From positions 8,111-72,110 of the forward strand of contig JBBQKN010000012.1 of assembly GCA_038326945.1 (NCBI GenBank): 64,000 nucleotides of DNA. The letters are read 5' to 3'. Positions within the stretch are counted from its first letter, which is position 1. Every line of letters starts with the position of its first letter. The translations under genes were made by a program, and so were the position numbers. Source of the stretch: Hyphomicrobiales bacterium. Its GTDB lineage: Bacteria; Pseudomonadota; Alphaproteobacteria; Rhizobiales; Methyloligellaceae. Positions 28,643 to 36,804 of the stretch are shown in pieces. The notes under the pieces were generated by a model. It was not told the origin of the DNA. It did no database searches and worked only from the letters and a program-made list of their open reading frames with translations.

Positions 28643-30028
28643 ATGCCAGAGCTCGATCCCCTACTGCTCTCGCGTATCCAGTTCGCCTTCACCATCTCCT
28701 TCCACATTCTGTTTCCCACCTTCACCATCGGCCTCGCCGCCTGGCTGCTGGTGCTCGAAATGCTGTGGCTCCGGACCGGCAAGCCGGTCTATCTCGATCT
28801 CACGCAGCAATGGACCAAGATCTTCGCCGTGTCCTTCGGCATGGGCGTGGTGTCGGGCGTGGTGCTCTCCTACGAGTTCGGCACCAATTGGAGCGAGCTG
28901 TCGCGGCGCGGCGGCAACGTCATTGGGCCGCTCCTGTCCTACGAGGTGCTGACCGCCTTCTTCCTCGAAGCCGGCTTTCTCGGCATCATGCTGTTCGGCC
29001 ATAAACGCGTGCCGAGAGCCGTGCACGCCTTCGCCACCGCCATGGTGGCGCTCGGCACAGTGATTTCCACCTTTTGGATCCTGTCGGCCAATAGCTGGAT
29101 GCAGACGCCCACCGGCCATGTCGTGGGCGCCGACGGCGTACTCCGCGTCGCCGATTGGTGGCAGGTGATCTTCAACCCTTCCTTCCCTTACCGCCTCACC
29201 CACATGGTTGCCGCAGCCTACATCACGACCGCCTTCATGGTGGGCGGCATCGGCGCCTGGTACATCCTGCGCGACCGCAGCGTCTCGCATGGGCGCGTCA
29301 TGCTCGGCATGGCCTTGAGCCTGCTCGTCTGGCTGGCGCCGCTGCAAATCTTCATCGGCGATCTGCACGGCCTCAACGCGCGGGAGTATCAGCCGGCCAA
29401 GATCGCCGCGATCGAGGCCCATTGGGAGACGAAGAAAGGCGCGCCGCTCATCCTGTTTGCGTGGCCCGATACCAAGACCGAGAGCAACAAATACGAGATC
29501 GCCGTGCCGAAGCTCGGCAGCCTGATCCTGACACATGAGTGGGACGGCGAGATCAGGGGCCTCAAATCCTTCCCCCCCGACGACCGGCCGAATCCCATCA
29601 TTCCCTTCTTCGCCTTCCGCATCATGGTCGGCATCGGCCTGATCATGGTCGCGCTTTCCAGCATTGGTGCGGTGCTGTGGCTCACCGGGCGCCTCTATTC
29701 GACCCGCTGGTTCTTGCACGCGATGATCTGGGCATCGCCGCTCGGCTTCGTCGCCGTGCTCGCCGGCTGGTTCACGGCCGAAGTGGGCCGTCAGCCCTGG
29801 GTGGTCTATGGCGTGTTGCGCACGGCCGACGCGGTCTCGCCCGTTGGCGGCATGAGCGTCCTCGCCTCGATCATCCTGTTCGTGATCGTCTACGGCATCA
29901 TCTTCGGCGCGGGCGCCTATTACATCGCCAAGCTCGTGCGCCGCGGACCCGACCAGACGCCTCCGGTGCCGGAAGAAGAGGACGCGGACGTTTCGCGCAG
30001 ACCCATGGCGGCGGCGGGTAACCCATGA
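28643..30028 (+). CDS. cydA: Cytochrome bd-type quinol oxidase subunit I (short Q-loop, CIO-like)
   Basis: LSRIQFAFTISFHILF, EFGTNW, FFLEAGF, QPAKIAAIE and GWFTAEVGRQPW. Confidence 0.95.
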   Translation: MPELDPLLLSRIQFAFTISFHILFPTFTIGLAAWLLVLEMLWLRTGKPVYLDLTQQWTKIFAVSFGMGVVSGVVLSYEFGTNWSELSRRGGNVIGPLLSYEVLTAFFLEAGFLGIMLFGHKRVPRAVHAFATAMVALGTVISTFWILSANSWMQTPTGHVVGADGVLRVADWWQVIFNPSFPYRLTHMVAAAYITTAFMVGGIGAWYILRDRSVSHGRVMLGMALSLLVWLAPLQIFIGDLHGLNAREYQPAKIAAIEAHWETKKGAPLILFAWPDTKTESNKYEIAVPKLGSLILTHEWDGEIRGLKSFPPDDRPNPIIPFFAFRIMVGIGLIMVALSSIGAVLWLTGRLYSTRWFLHAMIWASPLGFVAVLAGWFTAEVGRQPWVVYGVLRTADAVSPVGGMSVLASIILFVIVYGIIFGAGAYYIAKLVRRGPDQTPPVPEEEDADVSRRPMAAAGNP

Positions 30029-31056
30029 CAGCAGCAAGCAACATGACCGAGTTCCTTCCCGTCATCCTGCCGCTCGCCTGGGCCGCCATTCTTGCGCTCG
30101 CCGTGTTCCTCTATGTGCTTCTCGGCGGCTACGACCTCGGTCTTGGCGTGCTGTTCCCGTTCGCGCCAACGCATCAAGACCGCGATGCGATGATGGGCTC
30201 GGTCTCGCCCTTCTGGGACGGCAACGAAACGTGGCTGGTGCTGGGTGGCGGCGGCCTGCTCGCCGCCTTTCCACTCGCTTATTCGGTGATGCTGCCTGCC
30301 CTTTATTTGCCCATCATCCTGATGCTGATCGGGCTGATCCTGCGCGGCGTCGCCTTCGAGTTCCGCTTCAAATCCAGCACCTATCGCTGGGTCTGGGATC
30401 TCGCCTTCACCGGGGGCTCGATCACCGCCGCGCTGATGCAGGGCATCGTCATCGGCACGTTCGTGCAAGGGTTCAAGGTCGCCGACAATAAATACGCCGG
30501 CGGCGCCTTCGACTGGCTGACGCCGTTCACGCTGGTGACCGCGCTCGCGGTCGTGTCTGGTTACGCGTTGCTGTCGGCGGGATGGCTGATCATGAAGGGC
30601 GACGAGGCCTTGCGCGAATGGGCCTATGGCGTCGCCCGCGTTGCCCTGATCGCGGTCACGGTCTTCATTTTGACCTTCAGCCTGTGGACGCCGCTGGCGC
30701 ACCCGAACATCGCCGCGCGCTGGTTCTCGCCCGGCAATATGGTGATGCTGAGCCCGGTGCCATTGTTCACCGCCGCCACCATTGGCGCGCTGTGGCTCTC
30801 GCTCGATCGCCGCATGCGCTACGCCCCCTTCCTGCTGGCGACTGGGATCTTCCTGCTTTGCTATACCGGGCTCGCGGTGAGCCTGTTCCCCTTCATCATC
30901 CCGCCATCGATCACGCTATGGCAGGCGGCCGCCGCGCCTGAATCGCAGCTGTTCATGCTTTACGGCGCCATCCCGATCCTGCCGATCATCCTCGGCTACA
31001 CCGCCTATTCCTATTACGTGTTCTGGGACGCGACCGAGCACGAGGGCTACCACTGA
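30025..31056 (+). CDS. cydB: Cytochrome bd-type quinol oxidase subunit II
   Basis: GYDLGLG, PFWDGNETWLV and LRGVAFEFR; overlaps the cydA stop. Confidence 0.95.
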   Translation: MTAASNMTEFLPVILPLAWAAILALAVFLYVLLGGYDLGLGVLFPFAPTHQDRDAMMGSVSPFWDGNETWLVLGGGGLLAAFPLAYSVMLPALYLPIILMLIGLILRGVAFEFRFKSSTYRWVWDLAFTGGSITAALMQGIVIGTFVQGFKVADNKYAGGAFDWLTPFTLVTALAVVSGYALLSAGWLIMKGDEALREWAYGVARVALIAVTVFILTFSLWTPLAHPNIAARWFSPGNMVMLSPVPLFTAATIGALWLSLDRRMRYAPFLLATGIFLLCYTGLAVSLFPFIIPPSITLWQAAAAPESQLFMLYGAIPILPIILGYTAYSYYVFWDATEHEGYH

Positions 31057-31086
31057 GGGCGCGAAGTAGCGGCGTGGGTTACCCGG

Positions 31087-31156
31087 CGTCATACCGGCAT
31101 AAGCCGGTATCCATTCTTTCCTTACGCTCTGGATTCCGGCTTACGCCGGAACGACG
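31087..31156. repeat. REP-like composite palindrome
   Basis: CGTCATACCGGC-ATAA-GCCGGTATCCA...TGGATTCCGGC-TTAC-GCCGGAACGACG: two inverted hairpin units between the convergent cydB and nagZ genes. Confidence 0.7.
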
Positions 31157-31166
31157 GAACCCTTCG

Positions 31167-32348
31167 CTACCACTTCCCCGGCAGATCGTGCTGCATCAGG
31201 CGGCGCTTCAACAGCAAGATCTTGCCATAGGCCTGCTCGATGCGCGTCCTGTCGATGCGCCCGTCGCGCGCCGCCTCACTCATGATCGCGTGGATCTTGA
31301 CGCCAAGGTCGGTGTCGCGCGACTTGACGTTGGAGAAGACGAGAAGGTCGGTGCCGGCATTGACGGCGAGGATCACGCGATCTTCGAGCGAGTGATCCAA
31401 TCGCACCGCACCCATCTCCAAATCGTCGCTGACGACGACGCCCCTGAAGCCGATATAGCCCTTGGCGCGAAGCGCATCGATCGCGCGCGCCGAGAGCGAG
31501 GCCGGCAGTCTGTCGCCGTCGCTGAAACGCGGATGGTAGAGGTGCCCGACCATGACCATGTCGAGCAGACCGTCGCGCGACAGGTTCACATAGGGGTCGA
31601 GCTCGACCTCGCGCCAGCTGCGCGTAATGTCGGGAAGCGACTTGTGGCTGTCGCTCCAGCTCGACCCATGGCCCGGGTAATGCTTGGCCGCGGTGACGAC
31701 ATTGGCTTCGCGGTGGGCGGTGATGAAGGCGCCGGCGAGCAGGGTTACGGCCTCGGGGTCGTCGCCGAAACTGCGCTTGCGGCGGACGATGACCGGATTG
31801 CCGGGATTGACGCTGAGATCGACCACAGGGCCGAAATTGACGTTGATGCCGGCTTGCGCCAGCTCCCGCGCCATCCGCGCATAGAGCCGATGCGCGCCTT
31901 CCGGGGTCCGAAGCGCTGGATCGCGCCCGACCTTTCGAGCCGACGGAAATTGGCTGAAGCCGTTTCGCCGCGTCAGCCGCTGCACCAGCCCGCCCTCCTG
32001 ATCCACCGCGATCAGGGGCACCAAGCTCGCATTCGCGTTGTTGAGATAGGCCGTGAGCAGACGAAGCTGGCGGGCCGATCGGATATTGTCGGGATAGAGC
32101 ACCACCCCGCCGATCTCGCCTTTCGCCAGTTGATCGCGCACGGCGATGACGCCAGGGGACCGTTCGCCGTCGCCCTGGAAGCCGACCATGATCATCTGGC
32201 CGATCATGCGGTCGAGCAGATCGTCCGCCTCGACCAGCTGCCGCAAGGTTTCGAGGCCGTCGGGCTCCGCCGCGACGCCATGACGGGCGCCAAGCGCGAG
32301 CATGGCCCCGAACAGAAGGGCGCCGGCCGCAAGCGGCGTCAGTTTCAT
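31167..32348 (-). CDS. nagZ: Secreted GH3 beta-N-acetylhexosaminidase (NagZ-like)
   Basis: Signal peptide, AVDQEGGLVQR, NFGPVVD, RSFG, KHYPGHG-x4-DSH and SDDLEMGA. Confidence 0.85.
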   Translation of the reverse strand: MKLTPLAAGALLFGAMLALGARHGVAAEPDGLETLRQLVEADDLLDRMIGQMIMVGFQGDGERSPGVIAVRDQLAKGEIGGVVLYPDNIRSARQLRLLTAYLNNANASLVPLIAVDQEGGLVQRLTRRNGFSQFPSARKVGRDPALRTPEGAHRLYARMARELAQAGINVNFGPVVDLSVNPGNPVIVRRKRSFGDDPEAVTLLAGAFITAHREANVVTAAKHYPGHGSSWSDSHKSLPDITRSWREVELDPYVNLSRDGLLDMVMVGHLYHPRFSDGDRLPASLSARAIDALRAKGYIGFRGVVVSDDLEMGAVRLDHSLEDRVILAVNAGTDLLVFSNVKSRDTDLGVKIHAIMSEAARDGRIDRTRIEQAYGKILLLKRRLMQHDLPGKW

Positions 32349-32503
32349 GGTTTTGCACCAAAGGCGATCATCACAGGCCTATGGCAGTTCGTTCCGTGAC
32401 GCGCCACTCAAGATGGCTGGATTGCTGATTTTCGGCGGCTGTCGGGGTCGACCGTCCGCCGCGGCATGGTATGGTGCCCCTTCCGAGCCCTAAGGAGCGG
32501 GCC

Positions 32504-34786
32504 ATGCTATCGCGCATTCTCTCCCTGAAATCTGTTGCTACGGTTGCAGCGGCTTTGGCTGTGATCTTGGTCTTGGTCTTGAGCGCTGGCGCCGGCGACA
32601 AGAACAAGAACCGTAATGGCGGAGGCGGCGGCAACAAGCAGGGGCAGAATTGCCCACCGCCGCTGGTGAAGAAGGGCGGCAACTGCGTCATGCCTGGCCA
32701 GGGCAAAGCCAACAAGCAGCAGGGCGGCGGCAAAAACCAAGTCGGCGGACCGCCTGATCGCAACAAGCAAGGCGGCAGGCCGAAGGGGCAAAAGAACCAA
32801 GCCGGCGGACCGCCGGATCGTAACAAGCCGGGTGGCAAACACGGCGGCAAGAACAAGGATAAGGCTGCCGGGCCCCGCGACGACAAGAAGCAGGTCGGAA
32901 AGCCCCCTCGCAACACCCTCGCCGGGGATCGCCAGGGCGGCAAGCCCGATGGCAAGGACAAGGATCAGGCTGGCGCGCCAACTGACGGCAAGAAACAAGG
33001 CGGCAAGGACAAAGACAAGGGGCAGGCCGGCGGGCCCCCTGACCACAACAAGCAGGGCGGCAAGGACCACGGCGGCAAGAACAAGGACAAGGATCAGGCC
33101 GGCGGTCCCGGCGACGACAACAGAGACGGCAAGAAACACGGCGGCAAGGATGGCGACCGGGACCGCGACAACGACAAGGTCGCCGACTGCAAGCGCCCCT
33201 TCGTCTACCGCCGTGGCAAAGGCTGCGTGAAGCCCAATCGCGAGCCCGAGCTCGTCAAATGCCAACATCCGAAGGTCTGGCGCCGGGGCCGGGGCTGCGT
33301 GAGACCCGGGCGTGACCAGGTCTTTTGCGGCTGGCCGATGATCAAGCGCGGCAACTCTTGCGTCTGCGGTCCGGGATTCATCCCGCGCCATGGGGATTGC
33401 TACCGGCCGCCGATTTTCGTGGTGCCGGTTGGACCGGAACCCTATCCCGAAGGGCCTTACCCCGAGGGGCCTTATCCGGAAGGACCTTATCCCGAAGGGC
33501 CTTATCACGACGGACCGCCGCCGGGTCCTGGGCCTCGACCCGGCCCCGGTCCGGTCGATGACGGACCGCCGGATTACGCGCCGGAGCCGCCGCAACAGGC
33601 AGAGCCTGCCCCACCGCCTGAACTGGAGGCCGAGCCGCAACCCGTGGCCGCGCTCGATCCAGCGATCACCAGATGTCTCGCCGACGATCTCTATGATCTC
33701 CTGGCGAAAACCTACGGCAAGCCGCGCGACCTCGACCGCTGCCCTTCCGCCTGCTTGCCCAAGCCGGCATTCTTCAGCCCGGGCGAGCTCGACGACATCG
33801 CCGAGCAGAACGGCATCGATTGGTGCGAGAACTGCGTGCAGGTCGGCGGTTACATCCCGCTGAGTTCGGCTCTGCGGCTCGAGCGCGGCGCCGGCGTCAC
33901 CATCTGCGTCAACCCCGATATGTGCCGGCTGCCAAGCGCGATCCCGGTCGAGCGCCGGTCGGAGATCCGCACCGTGTTCAAGGATTTGCCGGTCGGGGTC
34001 CACAACGAGGGCAATATCGCCGTGGTCGTGGGCAACCAGGATTACCAGGGCGATCTGCCCGCCAATCCCGACGGCTCCGCCGATGCCGATGCGGTCATGA
34101 CGCTTCTGATCGACCAGCTCGGCTACAAGCAGGAGAACATCATCGACCTCCGCGACGCCACGCTCGCCGAGCTGGAGCGCGTATTCGGCGGACGCGGCGA
34201 ACCCGGCGGCGAGCTTGCCAAGCGCATCGACAAGGACAGTCCGGGCGATGTGTTCATCTATGTCGCGAGCCACGGGCTAGTGAAGAACGGCAAAGAAGCC
34301 TACCTGCTCCCGGTCGATGCCGACATCGAGGCTCTCGACCAGACCGCCTATCCGATGCAGGGGCTCTACGACAACCTCGGCAAGCTCGGCGCGCGCACAA
34401 TCATGCTCATGCTCGAAGCCAATTTCGCCCGCAATCTCGACGAGCTGATCGATCCGCCCAATCTGCCCGAGCTCGAGGTCGAAGTGATGCCCGCGACACC
34501 GGTGCCGGGGCTCGCCGTGTTCAAGGCCTCGGACCGCGATCAGAAGACGATCCTCGACCCCGAATACGGCATCGGGCTTTTCACCCGCTACCTGATCGAA
34601 GGCCTGGCCGGCAGGGCCGACGCGGCGCCGATCGGCAATGACGACAAGCGCATCGATACGGTCGAGCTCTATGTCTACACCTCCGACGCGGTGAGGACCG
34701 CGGCGCGGAAGTCGTTCGGCCTGGAGCAGAAGCCGCTCTTGAGCAAGATCGACAATCTGCTGGTCGGCCAGCTCAGCTCGAACTGA
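32504..34786 (+). CDS. Secreted multidomain pseudo-caspase (peptidase C14 fold, catalytic Cys replaced)
   Basis: AAGGAG RBS, signal peptide, G/K/D/Q repeats, Cys hairpins, PEGPY repeats and a Cys-rich domain, then IAVVVGNQDY..DADA, FIYVASHG, YLLPVD, LMLEANF and GLFTRYLIEGLAG. Confidence 0.8.
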   Translation: MLSRILSLKSVATVAAALAVILVLVLSAGAGDKNKNRNGGGGGNKQGQNCPPPLVKKGGNCVMPGQGKANKQQGGGKNQVGGPPDRNKQGGRPKGQKNQAGGPPDRNKPGGKHGGKNKDKAAGPRDDKKQVGKPPRNTLAGDRQGGKPDGKDKDQAGAPTDGKKQGGKDKDKGQAGGPPDHNKQGGKDHGGKNKDKDQAGGPGDDNRDGKKHGGKDGDRDRDNDKVADCKRPFVYRRGKGCVKPNREPELVKCQHPKVWRRGRGCVRPGRDQVFCGWPMIKRGNSCVCGPGFIPRHGDCYRPPIFVVPVGPEPYPEGPYPEGPYPEGPYPEGPYHDGPPPGPGPRPGPGPVDDGPPDYAPEPPQQAEPAPPPELEAEPQPVAALDPAITRCLADDLYDLLAKTYGKPRDLDRCPSACLPKPAFFSPGELDDIAEQNGIDWCENCVQVGGYIPLSSALRLERGAGVTICVNPDMCRLPSAIPVERRSEIRTVFKDLPVGVHNEGNIAVVVGNQDYQGDLPANPDGSADADAVMTLLIDQLGYKQENIIDLRDATLAELERVFGGRGEPGGELAKRIDKDSPGDVFIYVASHGLVKNGKEAYLLPVDADIEALDQTAYPMQGLYDNLGKLGARTIMLMLEANFARNLDELIDPPNLPELEVEVMPATPVPGLAVFKASDRDQKTILDPEYGIGLFTRYLIEGLAGRADAAPIGNDDKRIDTVELYVYTSDAVRTAARKSFGLEQKPLLSKIDNLLVGQLSSN
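33446..33505 (+). repeat. 4 x 15-bp coding tandem repeat (PEGPY)4
   Basis: cccgaagggccttac cccgaggggccttat ccggaaggaccttat cccgaagggccttat; differences are synonymous. Confidence 0.9.
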
Positions 34787-34790
34787 GCAC

Positions 34791-36617
34791 CTACTCCAGC
34801 GGTCTGGCGACGCGGAAGCCGATGACGTTGAGGCGTGACCCCTTGGGGAAGCTCATGCGCGCGGAGGGCCGCGCGAACTCCGCCTCGTAATACCAGGCGC
34901 CGCCCTTGGCCATCCGGCGCTGACAGTCGCCGCCACGGGGAGAGGCATCGGCCGGCGCGCCCGCATGGGTCTGGTTCGAGCAATCCTCCACCCATTCGAA
35001 CACATTCCCCTCCATGTCGTGGAGGCCATAGGGGTTGGGCGGGAAGGAGCCGACCTCGACACTCATGCCCTGATAGGTGCCGGGCTTGCGGCTCGAGGTC
35101 TGACTGCTCGCATCGAAATTGGCTTGCGTGGGTTGAAGCGTCTCGCCCCCAGCGAAAGACGTCGAGGTGCCGCCCCGCGCCGCGAACTCCCACTCCGATT
35201 CCGACAACAGGCGATAGGCCTTGCTCGATTTCTGGCGCAGCCAGTCGACATAGGACTTGGCGTCGTCATGGGAGACATAAATCACCGGGCGGCGGCCCCG
35301 GCCCCAGCCGCCATCCTGCGGGCGATAATTGGCGCAGCCGCCTTCGAGCGCACAAGTCTCCCACTCATCGAAAGTGATCTCGAATTTGGCGATGGCGAGC
35401 GGCGCCGCGACCGTCACCTCGTGCTGCGGCTCCTCCGCCGGCTGATGTCCCTTGTCCGCTTTCGCCGCGCCCATGAGAAAGCGCCCCGCCGGCGCCACCA
35501 CCATGTCCGGGCAGCTCTCGCAATCCCTGAAAGTCGAGCCGACCTCATGCTCGAGCGGGCCTGAAATAATTGGCGCGGAGGTCCCCGGCTTCGGCATCAC
35601 CGGCAGGGCCCCAATTTGCGTCTTGGTCGCGCGCAACACCGCGAGCAGGCTCGGGGTGACCTGCCCGTCGGCGGTCAAGCCGGCCTTGGCCTGGAAGCGC
35701 TTGACCGCGTCTTCAAGCGCATCGTCGCCGCTACCCCGGCTCGTCTCGCTGATGAAGCCGAGCTGTTTGAGAATGGCGCGCGTCTCGGTGAGCGCGGCCT
35801 GATCGCTGAGCACGCCTTCGGGCGGGAGCGCGAGCGTCGTCTCGCCGCAGCCCGTGGCGTCCAGACAAACTTTCGGGGAGCCGCCACGCGTGGTGATCTC
35901 AGGCACCTGGCTGCCGCGCGAGGCGACACGAACGTCCCTCGCCGTGAGCTCGAGCAGATCGCGCAGGAACAGGCGGGGATGCTCGTCGAAATTCTTGAGC
36001 AGGGATTGGGCGAAGGGCGAATGACTGCCTGAATCCCCATCCGCCGCGAGCTGACCCGACAGCGTCGCGTTGGCGATCAGAAGCGCGCGGTCTTCCTCCG
36101 TGAGCCGGGAGAAGCCGCGAAAGCCACTGCCGGCATTGGCGCCGCGCGACGGGCATTGCGGAAACGGATTGTTGCGGCAAGCATCGAGCAGCACGATCTG
36201 CTGCGGCGCGGGGCCGGCGGCGGCGAAGAGCTGATCGAGCTCGATCGCGCGGATCGTGGTCTTTTTCGCGCATTCGATCTCCATGTCGGTCGGCGCCACC
36301 ACGTTCTTGCCGTCGATCTCCATGCCGTGCCCGGCGTAGTAGACGAGCGCCACCTCGGCGCCTTCCGCCTCGCGCTTGAACCCCTCCAGCGCGTCGAGCA
36401 GATCGGCGCGGGCGAGGTCGTAATGCTCGGAGACGGCAAAGCCGTGTCTCTTCAGCTCCGCCGCGATGGCCTTGGCGTCGGACACGGGATTGTCGAGGCT
36501 GGAGAGATGCTGGTACGCGCCGATGCCGACGATAAGCGCCACGCGCTTACCTTCCGCGGCGGCCGGCAGCCAGGCCGAGACGACAAGCATTAGCGCTGCG
36601 ATCAGGGTACGAAACAT
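34791..36617 (-). CDS. Secreted caspase-like (C14) protease + peptidoglycan-binding domain + FGE/SUMF1-like domain
   Basis: Signal MFRTLIAALMLVVSAWLPAAA; ALIVG, L.NP.SDA, YYAGHG, LDACRNNPF; PGBD-like LKQLGF..AVKRFQAKAGLTADGQVT; FGE motifs RPVIYVS, RLLSESEWEFAARGG, NPYGLHDMEGNVFEW and IGFRVAR. Confidence 0.85.
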   Translation of the reverse strand: MFRTLIAALMLVVSAWLPAAAEGKRVALIVGIGAYQHLSSLDNPVSDAKAIAAELKRHGFAVSEHYDLARADLLDALEGFKREAEGAEVALVYYAGHGMEIDGKNVVAPTDMEIECAKKTTIRAIELDQLFAAAGPAPQQIVLLDACRNNPFPQCPSRGANAGSGFRGFSRLTEEDRALLIANATLSGQLAADGDSGSHSPFAQSLLKNFDEHPRLFLRDLLELTARDVRVASRGSQVPEITTRGGSPKVCLDATGCGETTLALPPEGVLSDQAALTETRAILKQLGFISETSRGSGDDALEDAVKRFQAKAGLTADGQVTPSLLAVLRATKTQIGALPVMPKPGTSAPIISGPLEHEVGSTFRDCESCPDMVVAPAGRFLMGAAKADKGHQPAEEPQHEVTVAAPLAIAKFEITFDEWETCALEGGCANYRPQDGGWGRGRRPVIYVSHDDAKSYVDWLRQKSSKAYRLLSESEWEFAARGGTSTSFAGGETLQPTQANFDASSQTSSRKPGTYQGMSVEVGSFPPNPYGLHDMEGNVFEWVEDCSNQTHAGAPADASPRGGDCQRRMAKGGAWYYEAEFARPSARMSFPKGSRLNVIGFRVARPLE

Positions 36618-36804
36618 GACGGTTCGCGCCTTTCGACTCGCGCAAAGCCGGGCCTCGGCAAGCCAGCTTTGAGGATGCGAACCTAACATTGGCACGCCTC
36701 GGCGCCCAGACCAGAGGGAAGGTGCCGCTTTTGCCATGATTGTGAATAGACTGGCGCGGCAGGGGCTTCTGAATCCCCGCGGCATGAAGCGTAGGGAACC
36801 CGCG

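Noticed and set aside
33446-33505. CRISPR-like array
   Set aside because: The repeats are contiguous with no spacers, lie in frame within a CDS, and no cas genes are present
34791-35100. Diversity-generating retroelement targeting the FGE (C-type lectin fold) C-terminus
   Set aside because: No reverse transcriptase, Avd gene or adenine-variant template repeat is visible in the window; a remote TR cannot be excluded without a genome search
36691-36708. Sigma54 promoter TTGGCACG between the caspase gene and the secreted-protein gene
   Set aside because: The -12 element (TTGC) is absent at the required spacing
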